Shown here one piece after another: positions 9,343 through 17,200 of a DNA stretch of 59,495 bases. The stretch spans positions 1-59,495 of IMG/VR virus record IMGVR_UViG_3300042898_004908; one strand, given 5' to 3'. The notes beneath the pieces are model-generated. The model was not told the origin of the DNA and ran no database searches. It saw nothing but the letters and a program-made list of their open reading frames with translations. Both the position numbers and the translations under genes were made by a program. Each line of letters begins with the position of its first letter. Within the stretch, counting starts at the first letter, position 1. The DNA is from a virus. Its lineage: Duplodnaviria; Caudoviricetes.

Positions 9343-10438
9343 TTTTAACACAGTTGACGAGTACCAACTTGAAATTACCACTTATTGCAATGCGGCATGC
9401 CCTCAGTGTCCTCGAAACAAGCTCGGTGCAGGCATCAATCCTTACATGCCATTAACACATCTGCCACGCAAGGTCATTGATACAGCATTCACTATTGATC
9501 TATGCCAGAGGCTACGACAAATATTTTTCTGTGGCAGTTACGGTGATCCCATCATGCACCCTGACTTCCTGGAAATTTTAAAAGACTTTAGATCAAAGAA
9601 TCCCACATTGTGGTTGTATTTTCATACCAATGGTGGTGTTCACGATCCAGAGTACTGGGCAGAAATTGCTCGTATCATGAATGGGTACGGACAAATTGAC
9701 TTTGGCATCGATGGACTCAAAGACACTTTACATTTGTATCGTAAAAATGTAAAATACAGCAAGGTCATTGAAAATGCGCAGGCGTTTATCAATGCCGGAG
9801 GCAGAGCACAGTGGAACTTTATTGTGTTTAAACACAATGAACATCAAGTAGAAACTGTAAAGCAACTGGGCCAAGAGATGAAATTCTTCAATGTGTTGAT
9901 TCGCAAGACTGGTAGATTTTTAAATCATACTGAACTAGAAGAAATAGAAGCGTGGCCCATTGCTGGCAGCAATCATGTGCTAGAGCCGCCAGACAATATA
10001 GAATATAGAAATCAAAGTATAATGTTTTTGCCCAATCTCAAACAAGAGTATAGCAAAGTTCAAGACTATTTTGAAACTACTCCTATCAAGTGTGATGCGT
10101 TACAAGGCCGTAAGGTTGCCATCAATGCTGAAGGATTGGTATTACCGTGTAACTTTTTCAATCACAATTTGTACGATGCAAGATTTAGAGATGGTAGTTT
10201 GCCAGGAGCCCATGCTCTTGCACAACCCAATGGATCTAATCAGGTGAGAGATTTTTTGTCAAAATACGGATTTGAAAACTTAAACATTCATCACCGTACA
10301 CTAGAAAGAGTTTTTGACAATCCCATGTGGAATGATCTAGTAGATAGTTTTACCAACAGCAATCGATTGTTCGAGTGCGCAATGACTTGTGGTAGTCGGC
10401 TGCAAAAAGTTTGGGATCAAGGAGGATCCAACAGATGA
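9332..10438 (+). CDS. Radical SAM protein with a SPASM/twitch-like C-terminus
   Basis: CNAACPQC (CxxxCxxC), GSYGDP, HTNG, INAEGLVLPC, terminal CAMTC; start reassigned to ATG 9332. Confidence 0.9.
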   Translation: MKFDFNTVDEYQLEITTYCNAACPQCPRNKLGAGINPYMPLTHLPRKVIDTAFTIDLCQRLRQIFFCGSYGDPIMHPDFLEILKDFRSKNPTLWLYFHTNGGVHDPEYWAEIARIMNGYGQIDFGIDGLKDTLHLYRKNVKYSKVIENAQAFINAGGRAQWNFIVFKHNEHQVETVKQLGQEMKFFNVLIRKTGRFLNHTELEEIEAWPIAGSNHVLEPPDNIEYRNQSIMFLPNLKQEYSKVQDYFETTPIKCDALQGRKVAINAEGLVLPCNFFNHNLYDARFRDGSLPGAHALAQPNGSNQVRDFLSKYGFENLNIHHRTLERVFDNPMWNDLVDSFTNSNRLFECAMTCGSRLQKVWDQGGSNR

Positions 10439-11019
10439 AAGTATTAGTAACAGGTGGCAACAAAGGCCTAGGATTACATTTAGTTGAAACATTTGCCGGT
10501 GTTAGCACAAGTCGTGCCGACGGTTTTGATATTACAAAAAATGTAGAAGACATTGCCAACATGAGTTTGGACTACGATGTTTTTATCAACAATGCGTTTG
10601 ATGGGCCTCCGCAAGAATCCTGGGCCAACTTTGGTCAATCACAGATGTATTTTGCAGTGTACGATGCATGGAAAGCAAGCAACAAAGTTGGACATATTTT
10701 CAATATAGGGTCTGTTGGTGAAAAAACTATCACAGCTCCTGAGCCCAGGTTTGAAACTTATCGTGTCAGCAAGGCTGCATTATCGCATGCCAGCCGGCAG
10801 GGAACACAAGCATTTAAACAAAATTTAGTGCCGTTTAAGACTACATTGATCACCCTGGATCGACTAGACACAGAATTAAGCCGTAGTAGACCTACATGGA
10901 CTGGCAACGGCATTGAATTATTGGACATCAGCAACTTTATCAAATACGCTATCTCAGTGCAAAAAAATACTGTGGTAGAAGAGGCAACTTTTTACATCAA
11001 TTTCAACTATACGGCATAA
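10435..11019 (+). CDS. Short-chain dehydrogenase/reductase (SDR)
   Basis: VTGGNKGLG (TGxxxGxG), INNA, NIGS, YRVSK (YxxxK). Confidence 0.85.
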   Translation: MKVLVTGGNKGLGLHLVETFAGVSTSRADGFDITKNVEDIANMSLDYDVFINNAFDGPPQESWANFGQSQMYFAVYDAWKASNKVGHIFNIGSVGEKTITAPEPRFETYRVSKAALSHASRQGTQAFKQNLVPFKTTLITLDRLDTELSRSRPTWTGNGIELLDISNFIKYAISVQKNTVVEEATFYINFNYTA

Positions 11020-11022
11020 CTA
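11017..11022 (+). promoter_or_regulatory. Possible late promoter variant TAACTA for the GIY-YIG gene and downstream RNA
   Basis: One-base variant of TAAATA at the SDR stop codon; same variant at 30632. Confidence 0.35.
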
Positions 11023-11051
11023 TAAAGCAAGGACACACCCACCAAAAACAC

Positions 11052-11480
11052 ATGACATGGCTACATCAAGACACCCCAGTTGAGACTCTGCCCGAAGAAT
11101 GTGTTGGTTTTGTTTACTTGATCACAAATAATCTTTCAGGACGCAAGTACATAGGCAAAAAATTAGCAAAATTTAGCAAAACAACATACAAGACTGTAAA
11201 ACAAAAAAACGGCACAAAAAAGAAGAAAAAGATACGATCAAAGGTCGACTCAGACTGGAGAGAGTACTATGGGTCAAGCCCAGAATTAACTTCAGACATC
11301 GAAAAACTAGGCACCGAAAACTTCACCAGAGAAATACTTTTTTATTGCAACTCTAAAAGCGAATGTAGTTACATCGAAGCAAGAGAGCAATTTTCAAGAA
11401 GAGTATTGGAATCACGAGATTATTACAACGGCCACATACAAGTGCGTGTGCATGGCTCTCATATAATAGACAAACTGTAA
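11052..11480 (+). CDS. Minimal GIY-YIG nuclease-domain protein with a Lys-rich insertion
   Basis: GFVYLITN...KYIGKK, YYGSS, conserved E (YIEAREQ), YYN; no C-terminal DNA-binding domain. Confidence 0.8.
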   Translation: MTWLHQDTPVETLPEECVGFVYLITNNLSGRKYIGKKLAKFSKTTYKTVKQKNGTKKKKKIRSKVDSDWREYYGSSPELTSDIEKLGTENFTREILFYCNSKSECSYIEAREQFSRRVLESRDYYNGHIQVRVHGSHIIDKL

Positions 11481-11489
11481 GGCAACAAC

Positions 11490-11914
11490 AACGACACTGT
11501 GTTGGGCGATGTGGCTCAACCCCATTGAGGATATGTGCAATACCATATTTGGACTTGGGCGTCAAAGGCAATTGCTAACTTAAGGCAACAAATGGTCGGG
11601 GCCATGTGAAAAAGATACAACCCCAGCTTATAGGACTTGGATTTATTATTGGGTCACTAGGGTTCCGTTGATATGTGAAGCTAGAGTAAGGGGTACCGGT
11701 CAACCGCCTCTGCGTAGGAAACTACAATCTCTTTATAATAAATGACTGGGCTACTCAGATAATGCTCTTTCATATTCACCGTGCATACGGTGAATTATGA
11801 CCAGTTAATCTAGATAATAGCTTAAATCGCTTCGCTCTTGTAATAGAAATAAAAAATATTGATGAGCAAAGCGAATCAATAGAACTTCGTTAGAAGTTCT
11901 CAAACAGTGTTGTT
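11490..11914 (+). ncRNA. Putative ~425-nt structured non-coding RNA of unknown family
   Basis: Only long gap in a densely coding genome. Closing stem 11490-11500/11904-11914, about ten hairpins including GUAG-GAAA-CUAC, a 9-bp long-range pairing, and G-U pairs favouring the + strand. Confidence 0.65.
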
Positions 11915-12248
11915 ATAAGTTGGTATCTGGCCAATCTCTAAACAATGCATGTTGTATATCACCTGATACAAACTGATTGAATGACTTGTGTTTTACTTCG
12001 AGTTCGCCTTCTAGTGGTGCTACTCGCTTGAATGCACTATCCATTTGCCCCATGTCGCGGAACTCCATGAGTATCATCCATTCAGGCATGTCGGCAATAG
12101 ATCTAAAACCCATCTTGCATCTTGTGATTCTGTACGATACCATTTTGTCTTCTGACACAAGATGATCAAAGAAACTTTTCATTCCGTTGACCCAGTCTAA
12201 GTCTGATATATCGCCTTCTTTGTTTGCCCAAATTGTATAAATGTCCAT
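11913..12248 (-). CDS. DUF6614-like small alpha/beta-barrel protein
   Basis: MDIYTIW...YRITRCKMG...EW.I.MEF....Q.D.AF...ALFRDWPD resembles this family as recalled; not searched. Confidence 0.55.
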   Translation of the reverse strand: MDIYTIWANKEGDISDLDWVNGMKSFFDHLVSEDKMVSYRITRCKMGFRSIADMPEWMILMEFRDMGQMDSAFKRVAPLEGELEVKHKSFNQFVSGDIQHALFRDWPDTNL

Positions 12249-12250
12249 AG

Positions 12251-12685
12251 TTACTCCAGTGGTCCTAATAATTCAAAGCCGTCCATGTCGGCTTTGTATA
12301 AGTGCGCTTGCTCAAGGTACAAGTACTTGAATCCTCGTTCTCGGTAGATAGCACACTCTGCTTTCATTGTTTCGATACCCAATCTCATTTTGGGTCGGTG
12401 ATAGCTCCATGCGAATTGATCGCATAATGCATTCTGATCATCGTAGCGTTTGATCAACGAGAACGCCACAAGTTTATCTACATCGTAATACCCAATCACA
12501 TCAGTCATAGGATCTGTATAACGACTGTCAAAGATGGGCATAACTGATGCAAAGTGTTTGTACAGACAGTAGTCTCTGTAGATTTTGTTTAGATTTGCAA
12601 TGTCAGGATTGTGCAGGTACTCCCATTTGACATTGATTTTGTAATTGGTTTTTGATAGATCAATTCTGGCAAACTGATAGGTCAT
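12251..12685 (-). CDS. GNAT-fold protein resembling the C-terminal domain of aminoacyl-tRNA--protein transferases (ATE1/Bpt)
   Basis: KLVAFS...AWSYHRPKMRLGIETMKAE...RGFKYLYL...YK matches the ATE_C pattern (SLG...E.......G..YYYLG...YK); start reassigned to ATG 12685 (ATGA overlap). Confidence 0.55.
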   Translation of the reverse strand: MTYQFARIDLSKTNYKINVKWEYLHNPDIANLNKIYRDYCLYKHFASVMPIFDSRYTDPMTDVIGYYDVDKLVAFSLIKRYDDQNALCDQFAWSYHRPKMRLGIETMKAECAIYRERGFKYLYLEQAHLYKADMDGFELLGPLE

Positions 12686-13185
12686 ATTCTTGGATCCTGT
12701 CTGTGCTGAAACAAAGCAGTGAGATAATCTTTGGGCCAGGAATCGTAGAAACCTTTGCGAGCCATCTGTGCGGCCTTGATATTCAAGTCGCTGAGACTTT
12801 GCACCAGAGCCAAAGCATAGGTGCCCTGATTCATACAAATGCCATTGACTATTTCTTGGTCACTGGGATGATCTTCTAGTGCAAGAATGTCTGATGCCAA
12901 CAAAAAGTCTTGATGTGCCTGCTCTAGGCTGCTGGCAAATAACTCATGTGGCCATTCTGCAGGATCATATGCATAGATAATCACTTCCTTGTTGCCCATG
13001 CCATACCGTGCTCGATTTTTGAGATCAAAGTAAGGATCACTGCCAATGAACACATCATAGCTTTGTTTTAGTCTTGCACTGCGAGCATATGGGCACGGAG
13101 GAAACCCGCCCAAGGCAGGATGTGGAACTTCTACAAAGTTCACAATCCACTGTTCAATATCTTTTTTTACCTGATCAATATCCAT
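12682..13185 (-). CDS. DUF1415-like protein
   Basis: W...FV....LGGFPPCPYA and DHP motifs; start reassigned to ATG 13185. Confidence 0.5.
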   Translation of the reverse strand: MDIDQVKKDIEQWIVNFVEVPHPALGGFPPCPYARSARLKQSYDVFIGSDPYFDLKNRARYGMGNKEVIIYAYDPAEWPHELFASSLEQAHQDFLLASDILALEDHPSDQEIVNGICMNQGTYALALVQSLSDLNIKAAQMARKGFYDSWPKDYLTALFQHRQDPRI

Positions 13186-13186
13186 G

Positions 13187-13363
13187 TTAGAACCACGGTA
13201 ATCCTGATTTTTTGGTAGTCTCAATGTTTTCCTTGGCAAGGTCTGCAATCATCTGCCGTTCAGCAAAGCTGAGTTGTAACACCTGATCATAAGTGATGCC
13301 ACCTCGCATGTACCAGGACAATTTTAGACTTTCGGAACGAATTAAGTTGGCCTCTTTCTCCAT
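13187..13363 (-). CDS. Small gp51-like baseplate hub assembly protein (58 aa), probably the -1 frameshift extension of gp26; missing from the ORF track
   Basis: MEKEANLIRSESLKLSWYMRGGITYDQVLQLSFAERQMIADLAKENIETTKKSGLPWF; frame is open back to the slippery site at 13417-13423. Confidence 0.7.
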   Translation of the reverse strand: MEKEANLIRSESLKLSWYMRGGITYDQVLQLSFAERQMIADLAKENIETTKKSGLPWF

Positions 13364-13401
13364 GCTCTCTATAAAACTGTTGATTTCATCAGTGCCAGCG
13401 G

Positions 13402-14244
13402 TTAGGAGGCGGCTGCGAAAAAACTAGCTGTATCCAAAGTAAAGTCTTGGTCGTATTCGTGTTTGCACTCAGTGCAGGCAATGTGTAACGGCTTGAGGTC
13501 GCTCTTGATGCGCATGTTGACAATGTGATCGCGCACAATAGTAAACATTTTTCTATCGCAATTGTTTAAGAATTCCAAGATAAATCCAGGCTCAGTGACC
13601 ATGGCCTGCGGAGTACGAATTCCAGCAATGCTGTTTTGAATAGCCATCACAGTGATGTCAGTGATGGCCTTTACAGCTTCGTTCAAACGGCGAGATTTTT
13701 CATCCTCGGGCAAATCAGATCCAGGCAACAGTTGAATCAAGCGTTGCTGTTCAAACTGTTTCAGATTGATGTCGTTTTGTACATCGTAAGTGATGGGATG
13801 GAAAAAGATTTCAATGTCATTGTACTTGATTGTACCGGTGTAGTCTGGAGATTCTACCTGTGCCATAACACTGCGCAAATCCAGTTCAAACTCGTTGGTG
13901 GTTGTACAAGCAGGGCATGTGCTGTTGATTTCCATGCCGTGTCCGTAACTGGCAATTCTAATGGCAATCAACAGGCTGTTGAGATCAATAGATGGAATTT
14001 TCCAAGGATCCTTGATGTTGGGCACACAGCTCTTGATCACAGAAGTAACAGCGGCTCCGTTAAACAAGGCATCTGGAGTACGATAAGAAATTTCATCAAT
14101 TGCAGTCATGGGCAAGATTGGTAATTCGCGGTTGACTGGCATGTCCAGGGTGCCTGGAGGCCAAAACTGTCCGTCGCTGGGCAGTTTCATGTAGATAGCG
14201 GGTTGCCGAAAAAACTGGCGTAAGGGGTTAACAGATTGGTTCAT
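13402..14244 (-). CDS. gp26: gp26-like baseplate hub subunit/assembly chaperone
   Basis: IYMKLPSDG, PMTAIDE, AIRIASYG, CPAC and CTEC zinc motifs, ends in ..SFF; adjacent to tape measure gene. Confidence 0.7.
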   Translation of the reverse strand: MNQSVNPLRQFFRQPAIYMKLPSDGQFWPPGTLDMPVNRELPILPMTAIDEISYRTPDALFNGAAVTSVIKSCVPNIKDPWKIPSIDLNSLLIAIRIASYGHGMEINSTCPACTTTNEFELDLRSVMAQVESPDYTGTIKYNDIEIFFHPITYDVQNDINLKQFEQQRLIQLLPGSDLPEDEKSRRLNEAVKAITDITVMAIQNSIAGIRTPQAMVTEPGFILEFLNNCDRKMFTIVRDHIVNMRIKSDLKPLHIACTECKHEYDQDFTLDTASFFAAAS

Positions 14245-14248
14245 TTTG

Positions 14249-14278
14249 CACCTATAAATATACTTCTACTTATAGGTG
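14249..14278. promoter_or_regulatory. Palindromic bidirectional late promoter/RBS element
   Basis: CACCTATAA...TTATAGGTG 9-bp inverted repeat; TATAAATA on +, TATAAGTA on -. Confidence 0.7.
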
Positions 14279-14285
14279 TTTTACC

Positions 14286-17200
14286 ATGGCCATGACAGAA
14301 GATGAATCAAGACGGTTAGCCGAGCAACAAAGACAGTTTACTGAACAGTTATTTCAATTAACTGGTGTAACCGCTAGTCTTACCCAAGAAGAAATAGCGG
14401 CAGCCAAAGCAACTAAGTTGTTTGACGATAAGATGACACTGGCCACAGCCACCATTGGTGGGCTTATCAAAGCCACTGCTGCCTATAACAAAGCCTTGTA
14501 CGACGGTGAAAAAGGTGCCAAAGCATTTGCGGCATCTACAGATTCTATAGCCGACAGTATCACAGCAGTAGGCACAGCATTGGCATTGCTGTTCCCTGGC
14601 GGTATATTAATTAAAGGTGTTATTGCTGGGTTAGGGTTGTTGGCTGGCGAAGCAGTAAGATTCAGTAAAATATATGGCGAACAAGCAGACAATGTTCGAA
14701 ATGCGTTTGATCAGCTGGCACAAGTGGGACTCACTGGTAGCGAAGGCATGGAAGGGGTGTTTGAACAAATTCAGAAATTTGGTCTCAACATCAAGGATGC
14801 CAGTCATGTGGCCAAACTCATGGGCGAAAACGCCGTTGACATGTCATTGTTTAGTAAAACCACTAGAGACGGATATTTAGAGTTTAACAAAACAGTTGAA
14901 GGACTTGCACAGTTCCGCACAGAATTCCGCAACCTAGGTCTGGATCAGAAAGCGTCAATTGATGCAGCCATGGGCTTGAGAAAACAGCAACAGTTGCTGG
15001 CTCTAGGTACCAAAGCGCAAATGGAAGTGTCATCATCAGCAGTCAAACGCTATGTAGAAGAAACAGATAGACTCACTCGTATCACAGGTCTAAGTCGGCA
15101 ACAGCAAGAAAAAGCTGTGGAAGATGCGCTCAGCAACCAAGCATACGGTGCTACTATTGCAAACTTGCAAGATGAAGGCACTGATGCGGCCAAACGAAGT
15201 GTTGAACAGTTTAACACAATACAAAAAATATTGAAAACTCTTGGACCAGAAATGGAAAAAGCTGGTCAAGATGCCGCAGGTGGATTTATAGGAGCATCAG
15301 ATCGTGCAGGCAAATTGTTTCAGGCCAGCGGCGGAAAATATCAAGCTCTAGTTGATGACATACAAAACAAGCGTATCACAAGTGATGAAGAGCTGGCCAA
15401 TCGTTTGCAAGATGTGTTCCAGACTATAGGCCGAACAGAAAAAATGTTCCGCGGCCAACAGCAAATGATGAACGCAGACACATTCTTGATAGTGGCTCAA
15501 GAAATGAGAAAAGCTGGTACACTGGGAGCAAAAGATCTAGCGGCAATAATTAACAGAACCACTACAACTCAAAAAGAAGCCATCCAAGGCGATGCGTTAT
15601 TAAACAAATCTACTGAACTGTTGATCAAACAACAAGACGAAGAACTTAAACTGCAAAAAGATGTTCAACGCGGTGTGTTGAATTACATGACAACAATCAC
15701 GGCTGTTGGTGGAGCAATGAACAGCCTGAATGATATGGCTAGAAAAGCCGCCGAAGCCCTGGGCATAATTGGTGGACGCAAGCCTGGCCCAGGCGGCATG
15801 CCTGCCACAGGAGCAGTTCCTGCAGCAGGAGCAGCCCCAGGAATGGCACCCAAATCAGATGCTACTGCTCAAGCACAAACAGAAGTTGCTAAAATACAAG
15901 ACAAGGTAACCGCAGTCAAGACTGAATTAGAAAACAACAAAAAAGCACAAACACAGGCCAAAGCTGACTTGCAAACTGTTCTAATAGAAAACAAAAGCAC
16001 AGCAGAAATTGCCGCAGCCAAACAAAAGATTGCGGATCTTGCCAAACAAGAAATCAAGATCAAAGAAACCATTGTTGAGCAAGAAAAGTCACAGCAAAAA
16101 GCACAACAAAAAGTACTGGAACAACAACGACTTGATCAACAAATTCTTTACAAAGCTAGAGAAGCAGAGCAGATGGTGGTCGAAGTACAAAAAGAAATTT
16201 TATCCAACAAACAAAGTCTTGCTACACTTCGAGATTCTAGATTTGAAACTGCAAAAGACCTTGCGGCTAGAGAAGCCAAATCATACAAAACCGCAGTTGA
16301 TCTGGCCACAATAAACGGCACCAAGGCCGAACTGAAAAACATCAATGACAAGATTGCAAGAGGCGAAAAAGACCTAGGCGAAAAAGAAAAGCAACTGACT
16401 GAATTCCAGAAAACTATGCAGTCTGCTAGAAAAGCACTGCCTACGGCTGCAACAGAAACAGTCAGCATTGATATTGACCGAGAGAAATTTGCCAAAGTTG
16501 ACAAAGAGAACTTTGACAAATACGAAGCTCGCAAAAAAGAACTCTATGACAAAGAGCTCAAAGAAATCGAAGCAGACACCAATCTTGATGTTAGACAGCG
16601 TACTAGACTGAGAGAAAAAGCTGCCAAAATGGCCGAAGAAACATCGGCCAAAGAGTATGCGGCAAAAATCAAAGCCGCTGGCGCTGGACAAGTTACTGTG
16701 ACAAAAGCACCAGCTGCTGGCGCAACAGCAGGAGCAACAGCAGAAGCAACAGCGGCACCAGCAGGAGCAACAGCAGGCGCACCGCCTCCACCAGAAACAA
16801 CAGCAGGTGCACCACCGGCAGCACCAACAGCACCTGCTGCCGCTAAAGGATCAAAAGGTCCTGAAGCGCACGATCCAGTTGGAACAGGCGGTGGCGGGAA
16901 AAAAACTACAGAAGAAAAACCTAAGTTAGCAAGAGTAGGCAGTAAAAGTGGCAAGGGTGCATCAGTTAACGAAAAGTACGCATCAAACTTTCAAAATTTG
17001 ATTAATTATCTTGATGGTCAAGGATATGAAATTAATTCACTTGGTGGCTATGTTGATCGCGATGTGCGTGGGCAACCAGGAGTAAAAAGTATTCATGCTC
17101 ATGGTGCCGCAATTGATATTAACCCAGGTACTAACCCCATGGGATCTACACTTATTACAGATATGCCAGCTGATATTAGTAGTATAGCAAAACAAATGGG

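Noticed and set aside
11353-11571. 72-aa minus-strand ORF overlapping the GIY-YIG gene and RNA
   Set aside because: Antisense to a credible gene, no RBS or promoter, Cys-rich shadow composition
11481-11912. Group I/II intron, RNase P RNA, tmRNA or tRNA
   Set aside because: No interrupted gene on the flanks; no P7/R-S, domain V, GAGGAAAGUCC, or TPsiC/CCA signatures recognised
11490-11914. Retron msr-msd (terminal inverted repeats, G right after the 5' arm, DNA-like hairpins near the 3' end)
   Set aside because: No reverse transcriptase in the window and no long msd stem; worth revisiting only if an RT exists elsewhere in the genome
12686-13248. Long N-terminal extensions in the ORF track for 12251-12838 and 12682-13248
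   Set aside because: They overlap neighbouring real genes; downstream ATGs give stop/start coupling
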